Shown here one piece after another: positions 1 to 12,600 of a DNA stretch of 64,000 nt. The notes under the pieces were generated by a model. It was given only the letters and a program-made list of their open reading frames with translations. It searched no databases and was not told the origin of the DNA. The stretch comes from Geosiphon pyriformis uo1 (lineage: Eukaryota > Fungi > Glomeromycota). The stretch lies in NCBI GenBank assembly GCA_016748015.1, contig JAAOMT010000324.1:124001-188000 (forward strand), given 5' to 3'. The first letter of the stretch is position 1; every line of letters starts with the position of its first letter. The translations under genes were made by a program, and so were the position numbers.

Positions 1-2950
1 TATTGAAAAGTATTTTGACTTAGTCTCCTATTTTTATTATTGAATCAGTAGTTAAAAATATACTGGAAAAGAATAAAAAGCTTTAATTGGTTTTATAAAA
101 TATATAAAAAGCTTATAATTCTGTAAAGTAACATTATTTAAGGACTAGCTTGCAGTATATTAAAATATATAATCAGTTTATTAAATTTTTTGAGAACATA
201 TATAAGAATTGGATCAATAAAGTTATGACTGATTTTGAACTTTCAAGTGGTTATAAAATACATGATGAGTTAGATTAGAGTAAGGTTTTTTTTCTTCTTC
301 TTTGGAAGATTTTTTATAATCTGCTTTTATGTAAAATTAAAAGGCATAAGCATTTATATAGATACTGAATTAATACTAAGTTTGTAACCAAGACTGGCAG
401 AATTGAGACTGTTGATAGGAAAACTTTATTTTTTGCTGCTGGTGCTTTTATTAATAACACAATTTAAATCAAAAATAGCCAAGCTTCTATGTAATATATT
501 TTAAATATTATAAATGAGTTCTTTAATATTAATAACTTTCTAATTAATAATAAAAAGACAGTGGCTATTTCTATCAATCAGGATATTAAGAATGTTTCAT
601 TAATGATTAATAATCTGCCAATTTTGATTGCTAAGAAAGATATACTATACAGATACTTAGGCATTTTTTTATCAATTAAGAATTTTTTTAAGTCTAGTTT
701 GACTCAAATTTATACAGATGTTAGATTTTTTTCCAATGTAGTATTGAGAAAAGTAATTATAAATAAACAGTTTTCTTATTTGATATTGGTTATTTTATAG
801 CCCATAATTAACTATTAGTTATAGTTTAGTTTTGTTGTATTAGATATATGTTATAAGTAGAATATAATAATTAGAAAAGATCTTAAGACCAAGGCTTGTT
901 TGCCATATGACTTTCTAGTAAGACTTTGCATTATTTTTTTTTGTATAATCTGAAACTTTTTGAGCAAGTGCAGTCTAAAGAAAAAGTGACTTCTTTAATT
1001 GTCTTTTCCAATATACTGAGCATTTTTAGGCATTTGTTTAAGTATAGGTTTTTGAATTTGCAGATTTTGGAATAGTCTTCTTTGGATCTATTACAATTTC
1101 TTATTAAGTTATGTGTTAGTCTGGTAAACAATTTTTTGGCTAAGGTTGTTAAAATTTTTTTGGCCAATGATTAATCTTTGATAAACAATTTGCTTAGTGC
1201 TTTTCATGATTTTGATAGAATTCCAATATCTGATATTTTGGAAAAATCTCTGTATTATCATTTTGTTTTTTTTTTGAAGTCATTTGGTATTGCTTTTGGT
1301 AACAGATTTTTAAACAAAAAGAGATGTGTTATGGACTAAAAAACATTTCAGAAGTAGAAAAAATTGGATCTTAGAAGCTTTGTGTTTCTTTGGTTTAAGT
1401 TAACATTTGTGTTTTTGAGTGAAATAAATTTTTTGGAGATTGAATCTGCTAATGCTTATGGATTACGTAAATTAAATATGTTAATGTTTGAAAAATTTTC
1501 TAATATGCATAGGAATCTGTTTGAAATTTGGTCTGATTTTATTAAGGTTTACATAGACAGTTCTTTAAGATACATTGGTTTTGCTGAAGTCACTAATAGA
1601 GTGACTGCTTATTTTCTGGCTTTAAATATGAATATTAGTATAAAAATGCATAGGCTTTTGTTTTTTATATTAGCTGAATTACAAGCTCTTGTGTTAGTAT
1701 TAGAGTGTGTTCTGTTTTTTGTGTTGTAGTTTTATATCTGAATAGCCAATCTGCAATTAATGTATGTTTATCTAAGGTTTTGTTTATTACACTTAACTTT
1801 TACAATCAGTGTTGAATTAAAAGAAAACATATTGCTAATTTAATTAAGGATAAATATCTTTTTGTTATGTAAGTAAAAGTTAAAAGACATTTAAATATTC
1901 CTGGTAATGTTTAGACTAATACAATAGCAAGTGAAATTGTTAACTCTTCTTTTTATTGCCAGCTGGGATTTGTAAATGGTTTTTAATAACTGATAAAACA
2001 GCTGTATCTGGTAATACTTGTCATTTCATTTATAATTTGTACAAATCTATTTGTCATGTTTATTGGAAAACTGGTTTTAGTTTTAATATGATTCTGAGTA
2101 TAATGATTAAAGAAATAAATTGGATGGCTGCTGCAAAAGTCTGGCATCTTGATTTACATATGCTTTCTGAATTTACAAGTAGAAAATCTGTTAACCAATA
2201 TACATATTTAATAAAGACTGTACATAAATAGCTACTTGTGGTAGTTAAAAAAAAGTTGTATAACAAAACATATTTTGGCATACTGTGTAGTAAAATAAAG
2301 TTGTTTGATCACATTTTTACTTGTGTTGGGGATATTGGTATTTAGAAAAACATTTTAGCTAAGGTTTTTGTGAAATAGATGTTATTGGCAGATGCTTTTT
2401 GTTTGTCTTTTTCTGCTGTTTTGCAGATGTTTTTTCTGTGTTCTTTAGATATAAATCTGTATACTACTATTTACAAAAAATTTGTGTTAAGTAAATAATG
2501 CCAGACTTGCTTGGTTTTTAATAGAAAAAGAGAGACTGCTTCTGCTTTTATTAATTATGTAAGACATTTGATGAAATTGTATTGTACTAAGATATATCTT
2601 ATAAAGTCTAAGCATAAAATGAATATGGAAAAAACTAGGTCAATTAAAAATGATAGTTTGGTTTTAGATTTGTCTTGTAGAGTGGTATCTATTTTATTGA
2701 GTAGAGTAGTTTGGATGCTTGATATTATAGAAGCTTTTGTTGTTAATTTTGATAGACATATACTGTGCTTTTTTTTTCTGGTTTGGGTAAAAATGGTTTT
2801 GTTTATATAGACATATAATGTTGTCTTGTTTGGTCTGAGTGATTGGCCATATGTAATAAGAACATGAACTGCATTTAGTTTGTTTTACCTAATTTGGATC
2901 TATGTACTAGATAGTAGTTAGACTTTATTCATAAATCTTTTAATAAAAAA
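1..2950 (+). mobile_element. Degenerate LINE (non-LTR retrotransposon), 3' part of ORF2 (RT, RNase H, C-terminal Cys/His region), 3' UTR and A-rich tail; cut by the window start
   Basis: ORF fragments align by eye with ORF2 of the LINE at 54.8-61.6 kb (YRYLGIFLS, DVRFFSNVVLRK, VYIDSSL..LAELQAL RNase H, DLHMLSEFTS). The 3' UTR (gtctgagtg..tgtactag) is shared and there is an A tail at ~2942-2952. Many stops. Confidence 0.88.
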
Positions 2951-3399
2951 AATATATATTAATCTAACTATAACTTATTAGACTATAATAAAAAACTATA
3001 ATAAAATTTATTAAATTGAATTAAATTAATTTATTGGTTTTTAAGTAGTTGATTTTAATTGATAAAAATTTAATGTATATAATTAAAACTAATAACAATT
3101 GTATAATCTGATTATTTAAAAATTATTTTAAAACTTTTTAAAAAAAAACTAATAAAAAAACATATATTATTAATTATATATTTGTTATTAATATTAAAAT
3201 TTAAATATATAATAGTTTGTTTGAATTTAAAAAAACTTTGAATTAAATTTATTATATTATTTTTGTGTTTAATAAAAATAAATTAGATTAAATTTGGTTT
3301 ATTATAAAAATTATAAATATTTTAATTATTTTGTTTTAAAATATAATTCTATTTTTTTACTTAAAAAGTTTTATAAATATGTATTTTTAAAAAATATAT

Positions 3400-6300
3400 T
3401 ATTATAAATAGATTTTTAAATATGTTTGATTGGTTTTATAATTTAGTGCTTGGTTTTTTACTAAAAATTTTAGTAAAAAAATTTTTGTATAATAAACAAA
3501 AATTTAATAAAATTATAATTATTAATAGATATATGTTTTTTTAACTTAATAACTAATTTATTTTGGTGTTTACACTTTTTTAATAAACAATTCTAATCTT
3601 AATAACTATATTTATGTATTTTTTATTAACCAATCTTTAATATTATAATCTTAGTACTTTTTTTAATTAATTAATAAACAAAAAAAATAACTAAAAAAAT
3701 AACTAAAATAGAAATTAATATTTTGTTAATAACTATAATTAAGAATTATTATTCAAATATAATTAAGTTAATATATTTAATACGAATAATATTTAAATAT
3801 AAAAAACATTTTAGATTTTAATAAAATAAGCCAAGATTTATTAATAAATAATATTAAATGTATTTTAATAATTATGTTTATTAAGTTAATTATGGTTTAA
3901 TTAAAGTAATAATAAAAATTAAACTAATCTCAAAATAAGTTTGTTTTGTTTTAAAATATTTTTTTTTGGTTTTTATATTTTTGTTATATATATATAAATT
4001 TTTATAATATAAAATTTCTAAAATTTTTATAATTATTTTAAACATTTACTAGAATTCTTGGTATTCCTAAAATTTTTAAAATTCTTGATATTATATGTTT
4101 TAATATTTTACTATTTTTTATTAGTTATTTTATACTATATTATTTTCTGTTTTCTTATATAAATAATATTATCTTCTTTTTTTAATATTAAGCTTTAACA
4201 AAATTTTTTAAGTTTCTTTTTTAAATAAGTTTGAGTACTTTTTTATTATTATAGCTTTGAAACTTTAGTTTTTAATTTTTCAAATTATAAATTGGTTATT
4301 TTTTCTAACTAGTTTGCTATTAAGTTTTTTATAATTAAGTATAATAATATATAGTTAATAGATTGTTTTTAAATAGATTATTAAATTGTTTTTTTAATAA
4401 AATATTTACTTATTGTACTGTTTTTTATTAAATATTTTGTTAAAACTCTCTGTATATAAAGTCTAAATATTTAGTTATTGGCCTAAGTAATAATAACAGT
4501 ATGTAATTAAAAACTGTTTTTTCTATTTTTTCTGTTTTTTTTAATTAGTTTTTCTGATTAAAAAAATATTATTGAATTTTTGAAAATATCTTTTATTTTT
4601 CTATAATTTTTTTTACATAATTATCTATTTGTTTATTTTTTTTATCATAGAGTTTTTTTAATTGTTTTTTTTTTGTATGTTTTTATAATAAATTTTTTGA
4701 TTGTTAACTGTTATTTTTATGTTTAAGTTTTTAGTTTTTAATAATTAAAATAATTATTAAGCTATTAAGTAAATATTATTTGTAATTTTTATTTTGTTAT
4801 TCTATTTTGGCTATATTTATATAATAAATGTTTGGTTTTATAACATATTAACTTTAATTATAATAATTGGTTCTAAATTTTATAAAATTTTATTTAGTTT
4901 AATTAGTATTTTTTGTACTTTTAATTATAATATATTGGGTTTTGCTAATGTTTTATTATAATATAAACTAAGTTAATTATTATGTATATTTTAATTAAAA
5001 TTTTATTTTCTAATCATAATTTATATGTTTTATTTTTAAGTATTTCTTTAATATAAAATAGTTTATCTTACTTTGAATTAAATTTTTTATCTTATTGTTT
5101 TTTTATTTTTATATAATATAAAAATACTTGTTTCTAATTTTGAATTTATTTGGTTTGTTTAATAATTAATTATTATATTTTTTTGGTTTTTTTATAACTC
5201 TTTAATATAATTAAATAGTTTTTTTCTTTTATTTTTTAATATTTTTATTAAGTTATATATTTATCTTAATAGTGTTTTTTAGAATATATTGTTTGTTATT
5301 GGTTTAATTAAGCATATTATTTTTTTTTGTTATTAATAGTATTATTGTTCTATTATTTACTAATTCAAATAATATTATTTAAATAATATCTTGTTTTATT
5401 GTTTAATAAGCAAATAGTATTAATAATATAAACAAATTTTATTTTTTTAATTCTTTTAATTGATCTTGATTAATATTTTATATAATGTTTTATTAAATTT
5501 TTTGATTAAAATATTTGTTTATAAATAATATAGTAATAATTATAGTTTTTTTACTTCAAATTTTTGGCTTTAATTTTATTAGTTTTTTGTTTATAAAGTA
5601 GGTTTTTTGATCTAATAACAGTTTTTTTGAACATTTATGTTAATATATTAAATTTTGATAAACAAATTTAACTATTAATTTTGTATTAATTTTTTATATG
5701 GTTTTAGCTTTTGGCTAATAAAATAGTTTATAATAATAACAATATATTTGTTGTTTTTAGTTGTTATTAATAATAGTTTAACTAAGTTAATTCTAATTTA
5801 ATTGAATAATTATCTTACTTAAATTGGTTTTAGTGACTCTATTAATTGTAATAATATATATATTAATAATATAATTAACTTAGTAATTTAATTAATTTAT
5901 AAATTATCATGTAATAATACTGTTTATAAAATTGTTATTAAAAATAAGCTTAATAAATTAATTAATAATCTTGGTTTTTATGTATATAATAATAATAAAT
6001 TGAATTAAATTTAAAATAACTATTAAATAATGGCTTTTTATCTTTTAATTTAAATAAAAAAATAATAATAAATATATTATCTTTGGTAATAACTACAGAT
6101 AAAATTATGTTGTAATTATTGATATTATTATTAAATATAATTATTTTGATTACAGTTAAAAAACTTAAATAGTTTTAAAAATTTAAGAAAATCGATTGTG
6201 TATTTTTTGAATTTTTGGTGCAATATTTTGTTTGTAAATTAATAGTATTAGGAATTAATTAATGTGTAATTATTATTAATTTTTAATTCTGTTGGATGAT

Positions 6301-6609
6301 TCTTGGTTTTAAGTTTTATAGTTAAGTTAAAATAAAAACTATGATTAATATTATGATGTTAATTTTCAAGCTAATAATTAATAGACAATAATTAATTAGA
6401 TTTAAAAATAAAGTATATATATTGGTTGTATTTAAAATTATTGTTGTAATATTAGTAAATAGTATTGTAGTAATTAATATTTTTTTGGCTGAGTTTTAAA
6501 TTTGTAGTTTGGAATTAAAATTCTTTAATTAGAGTTTTAATATTGATTTTTCAATTATTGGTTATTTAATTATAATCTATAATTAATTTTAAGATAGTTT
6601 TATTTATGA
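3400..6609 (-). mobile_element. Extremely decayed, internally deleted family-A Ty3/Gypsy element: 3' LTR ~3400-4168, PPT, ORF3, integrase, then directly protease and gag
   Basis: The reverse complement of 4160-4210 matches the ORF3-end/PPT/LTR start at 46950-46995. Integrase remnants lie at ~4870-5820, protease remnants (IKLI..S..SIIT) at ~5830-5960, and a degenerate LTR hairpin motif at ~3720-3750. Confidence 0.72.
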
Positions 6610-6679
6610 TATTACTTATAAAAAAAGTACAAGAAAAAAAAGTAGAAAAAGCAGATAGAAAATAGACCAATAGAAGAAT

Positions 6680-6895
6680 AATACTTAGCAAGAAAGCACA
6701 ATATTAAAAAATTATAATACATTGCTTAGCAATGTGTATATTGTTAATAAATTATGATACACTGCTCAATAATAAGCACATTATTAGAGAATTATAACAC
6801 ACTGCTTAATAATAAACATATTGTTAGAAAATTATGGCATATTGCTTAACAATAAACATATTATCAAAGAAAATAGAGCACACTGTTCAAGAAAA
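6680..6895 (+). repeat. U3 tandem array type I (~40-bp unit containing the dyad CACATTGC-TCA-GCAATGTG), decayed
   Basis: Repeated cacattgcttagcaat / cacactgctcaataat units; cleaner copies at 31445-31635, 40610-40755 and 47060-47270. Confidence 0.8.
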
Positions 6896-7376
6896 TGTAA
6901 GATTTTATATAACAAAAAATATGTATATATAATAAAAATATTAGAAACAGAAAAAACAGAATCAATATTGACAATCAGTTAGAATTTATTAAATATCCAA
7001 TATTTTTTTCTTCAAAAGATAGTTTTTTATAACTTAAAGTGGAATCAAATCACATATTAATAAAATATTAATTATTACTTAAATTCATGTTATCATTGCT
7101 TAATTAAGAAAAATTAATTACTTCTATTCTATTAATACTCTATATTAATAGAATTCAATACTTAACTACACTAGACTAATAGCTCTTGATTATAACTATT
7201 GATGAGATACTAATTTTTTATTTTTTTTTATTTTATTTTTTTGTTGTTTACTAATTAATTAAAAGAATTAAGTACAAAGTATTTGACCTCAAGAATAGTC
7301 TGATAAAAGATCCAAAAATAAGAATAAAAATTTAAAAATAGCTTACCAAAACGACATGACTGCCAGAATAAACTGG

Positions 7377-8234
7377 TATTACTTATTATTAATAAAAATA
7401 TAAAGTAGTTAATTAAAAGTAGACATAGTAAAAGAGAAATTTCAGAATTTTTTTTGAAAAATCACAGAATTCTAGGAATTTTAGGATTTTTTTGAGAAAT
7501 TACAAAATTCCAGAAATTTTAGAATTCTTGAATAAAGAAATTAAGAAAATTTAAGCAATTTTGTATAATATTAATTATGTATATATAGCAAAAATGAAAA
7601 GCAGAAAAAGACAAAATTCAGTTTAGAATTAATACCAACAATTAATTAATTATTCAATACTTCTCTTTTCAAAATGTAGTTTTCTACAACTTGAAGTGAA
7701 CTCAAATTATATATTAATAAAATATCAATTATTACTTGAATCTATGTTATTGTTATTTGATTAAAAAATATTAATTATTGCTATTCTATCAATATTTTAT
7801 GTTGATAGAATTTAACACTTAACTATACTAAACCGATAGCTCTTAATCACAGTTATTAATAGGATACTAATTTTTTATTTTCTTTTATTGTTTTTGTTGT
7901 TTCATTTTGTTGTTGACTAATTGATTAAAAGATTAATGTGTAAAATTATTGACATCAAAAAGTACTGGTAAAAAACTTAGAAACAAGAATAAAAACTCAG
8001 AATTTAAGGATAGCTTACCAGAAAAAACCAGCCATCAAGCTGAGAAAAAAATTCACAAAATAAACTTTCAGAAGAGTACTAAACAATCATTGAATCTCTG
8101 TTCATTATACAAAAGACTTAATCAAAATCTTCAGATCACAAAAACTTTTAAATATTATCAATATTGACAAGCATTTGAGTACCAAGTTATAAGTTTGTTA
8201 TTTGTATTAACACTCCAAATAATCATTTGTAATA
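7377..8234 (+). repeat. Solo LTR (family A, type II U3 array) inserted in the A2 5' LTR
   Basis: tattact...gtaata termini; flanks ctgg/ccag are compatible with a decayed ccgg TSD; the host LTR sequence aataaac|cagccatca resumes afterwards. Confidence 0.85.
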
Positions 8235-8536
8235 CCAGCCATCACACTGAAAAAAGAAATTTACAGAAGAAACCATTAATTAAATCTCTGTTTATTATAC
8301 AAAAAACTTAACCAAAACCTTAAGATATTATTAACTATATTAATTTTTAAGCACCAAGTTACAGGTTTGTTATTTGTTTTATTCCAAATAATAACTTATA
8401 ACATTTGATGCTTTCTATAAGGTATAATTCAACAAAAAACCAGCACTAACATTAATTATCTGAAAAAGTGGCAAACCAAAAAATTATAAGAAAAGATTAT
8501 TTAGAATTTGTGAAATCTTTATTTTAATATTACCAA

Positions 8537-9562
8537 TGTTATCTAAGTAGAAAAACCAATTCAAAGTTATAAAGAAACATGACCAAAATATGACATAATA
8601 CAGAATAGTGCACAATAATGTTGGATAATGCATTATAACTTAGAATAATATAGGATAATGTGTTATAATGTGAGATAACATAGAATAATATGTAATAACA
8701 CCAGATAACGTGTTATAACATAAAAGAATAAAGCAATAACAGAAATAGCAAAGCAATAGTTAGCAATAATGAAACAATCAAAAGCAATTTTGTAAAACCA
8801 AAAAAATATATAAAAACAAGTAGTTGTAAAAGTTAGAGAAAAGAGATATCTAGATACAAACCACTAGATAAGAATTAAATATTTTTATTTTTTCCATCAT
8901 TTATTCTATTCCATATTCATCTTCTGAAATAAATCAATTATTAAGAAATTAGAATCACAAATTAATGTTCTTGAACTTCATAAAATTTACATAAATTAAC
9001 TATTGTTTCATATCTTTGTTTCAGAACAAATGCTCTTAACATAACTGCTTCAAACTATTAATAATTTGGACCAGTCACTTTTGATCACAGCAATTGATAA
9101 TAATAATTTATCTTTTTTTATTTTTTTTATTTTTCTTTTCTTTTATTTTTATTTTTTTTCTTTTTTATTTTCTCTTGTAGAGCAGCAACATAATAAAATT
9201 GACTGTCTGAAAATAGACTTTGTGATAGTCTGGTAAAAGAGGGAAGCTCCTCCTAAGTTTTGGATATTAATATTATCTTAGTAGCTTACCAAAAGAGCAA
9301 AAAGACAATGCCAGACTCTAATAACTGTGCTCATTAGCTTGAAAAAGATAGCTCATATTTATAAAAAGTTGTAATCAGCAAAAACCAAATTTCTGTGCCT
9401 TATAACCAAAGAACTCAACAGGTAAAATCACAACCAGTAAATAAAACTTTCAGAGACTGATAATCAAGACTAAGCCAATAGAATTACATAAAACATATAT
9501 TACTGATAATTGAGAACACTAAACATTATCATTTCCCTATTCTACCAAGTTTACTTATAAAA
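8537..9562 (+). repeat. 5' LTR of B1
   Basis: tgtta start; colinear with 27903-28960; followed by a TGG-type PBS. Confidence 0.9.
8575..8760 (+). repeat. U3 tandem array type III (10-nt period, ATAAYRYRNN)
   Basis: ataacacaga / ataatgtgtt units; also at 27945-28100 and 52815-53020. Confidence 0.8.
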
Positions 9563-9627
9563 TTTGGTACGCTCTGTGAGGTTATAAAATCTACAGAGAC
9601 AGAGCATTCCAAAGATTTACAAAAATA

Positions 9628-12600
9628 GTGACTATTAGAACAATAGGAAAGGATCACAACTTATATAAAAAAGCATTATTTTAATACTTTTGAGAAGACT
9701 TGGGAATATCTGCAGAAACTGTTATCACAGAAAACCAATTTTGTGATTATTTGTATGCAAAAATTAACTGTTTTCTAGGCCAAACAACAGATACTGAAAA
9801 ACTTAAAGAACAAATTCATCAAAAACTATTAGTTCACTTAATAAATACTACTATCTAAACTATAGCCAAAACTCTTTATATACTTGATAAAGACATCAAG
9901 TACTATGCAGAAAAATATTACTCTCAAGTAAAACAACCAGCAAGGCCTGAAAAATACGAGTCCAAACCCAATAACACAGTAGCCACATGAGAACAAGCTC
10001 ACTTCACAGTCAACAAAAAACCAAAATTCTTTTTTCTAACAATTTTATCATATCATCAGACACCTGAAAATAGAATTGTATTTAACCCAACCACAGAAAC
10101 CCAGGCAGAAACACCATGAACTCCTGAAAATCAACACCCATAGAGTCACAACAATTAGATCAGATCCCTAGAAGAATACAGATCATTATTTAGGAATCTT
10201 ACCCCAACAATCAATAAAACAGACAGAAATATGTCAATGTAAAAACTACTACTAACCCAATCTTTGACTAAATTATCAACTACCCCCCCCAAAAAAACAG
10301 CTATTTTCCAGCCTATTGGGAAAATTAACAAAGGGAAACAACCAAAATTAGCACCAAGAGAACTCTCTAGCACACAAACCCAGTAAAACTCCATTCACTT
10401 ACCAAATTATGACCTACCAAGATATTGTCAAATTAGAAAAAGTCTCAAGAGAAGAAAACAATATATACTTATAGATTGTGGAAGCTGAAAAAGTAATTAC
10501 CACCAACAACTGGAATAATGACAGAGCTATTCAAGCACTGTCATTTTTATTGACTGGAACCACAAACTTGTGATATCAAAGTCTGACAGAAAAACCCACC
10601 AACTTTATTGCCTTTAAACTTGTCTTTTTTTGATACTTTTGCGACCCCAATACTCTTATCAGATTACAGAATCAATTCAGCATAATAAAACAAAAAAATC
10701 ATGAAGCAGTGACTACTTATCTTGGATGATTCAACCAAGTTTTTCAGCAAATACTGGCAATTGAAAGAGATTACTACACCACAACACAAGTTTTTAATCA
10801 ATTCATCAAAAGACTAAGGAGTAATTTCCTGAAATCCATAAAACTTTGACATCTGACAAATCTACCAGATGCCATCACCCTTGCTTATGATTTTAAGTCA
10901 GCTAAACAAGAAGCTAATCACACCTAAGCCATTAATCTAGCCATCAATGAAACTTTTGATATTGATGCAAAAATAATTCAATTAAGTGAAAAATTAACTC
11001 AGAAAATTGAGAAATTCTTAACCAGTACAACAGAAACTTATCAGCCACTTCAACAAAAAAACAATAACAGCAGTAGGTACCCCCAATAACAAAAACATCA
11101 GCAACAACAACAATCTTGGAGATCCAACCCCCACAATTGCTATTATTGCCAGAAATCTGGACATATTGCCCAAAATTGCCAACAGAAATTAGTAGACCAG
11201 AATTGAGAAACTTAATACCAACACCCAAGATATTTCCAGGCAATAGAATCCCAATACTTTGTGTTCCAGTATCCACTGCCTCAATACACACCACTAATTA
11301 TGTATACTCAACAACTGCCTCAGAACTATTATTAGCCATTATAGCCAATGACTCAAATAGCATTATAGTATCAAAACTCTATTTATAATCTACTTAGACC
11401 TTGTACAATTGACTACAACCAAAGATGAAGGAATTCTAGCAACAATCAGATACAAACTAACAGTGGACTATTGTGACCTCTCAATCAGAATAATGTCTCA
11501 TCTTAATTAGCACCAACCAGATACCCAAATCAAGCCTTATATTTTAGTCTTACTGAAAACCAAGATTTTTTAGTTCTACATCATTAGAAAAGAAGAATAT
11601 AGAAGAAATGCCCAACCCTTCAAGTTAAAATCAAATCAACAATACCATTCCACCTATCACTATCACTGAAGACACTACTCTTGCCACTATTTTTTCCTTT
11701 AATATTAACAATTTAAACACCAACAGCTTTTTCAGTAGAGCTGCCATTAATCAGAATAAACTAATAACTGCTCTGTATATTGACACTAAAGTTAAAAACA
11801 TGGATATTAAGTTAATTTTTGATAGTGGATTAGCAGATAGTATAATTATAAAGCAACTTATAGATTAATTAGGTTGTCAAGTAGACTGTGTAGTTACTGC
11901 TCAAATATTAACCACAGATGGAAATACTAAAACTCTGATAGGAAAAATTGACAACTTTCTCTTCAAAATTGATGAAATTCAAATCTCTACCAAAGTGCTT
12001 ATTATGGAGGCCACCCAATATCAAGCCCTCATAGCAAATGATTGGTTAGCCAAAGCTAATACCACCATTAACTGAAACACACAAAAATTACAGATCACTT
12101 TTAACAGACAGCATGCACAAGTTTTAACTACATGTGGACACTTTAAAGCTCAAAGCCCAAAAAAACTGCTGATTGAATTTGAAGACTCAATACCACCACC
12201 AACAATAGAAGCCTATCAAGTTTTTTGGGCTGATGATTACTAAGCAGAGTTACTCCTACTACCAACTTGAGAAAAAAAAGGCAAGAGAAAAGCAAAAGAA
12301 GAACTACAATTAGCATCTGCAAGTTTTTCTGCCCCAAGTCAAGGAAGTCAATAGTATTAAACCCTGAAATTAATTTGTGTCAACTGTGGAAAAAAGTTAT
12401 CTTCTATGGGTGCATATATTGAAGATGACAAAAAATGGCCAACTGCCACCAAATATTATTGCAGACCTTGTGTATTAGAAAAATTTGGTAGATTAAAACA
12501 ACAAGATAAATGGGACAATACACTATGCTTTGTCTGTAACAAAATTTTGCCAGATGAAAAAATATGAAACAATATTTCCAGCAGAGAAAGAACATGTAAC

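Larger units (their letters stand above)
6610..8403 (+). repeat. 5' LTR of A2, interrupted by a solo LTR
   Basis: Starts tattact (decayed tgttact) and ends taaca before the PBS; similar to 46988-47995. Confidence 0.82.
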
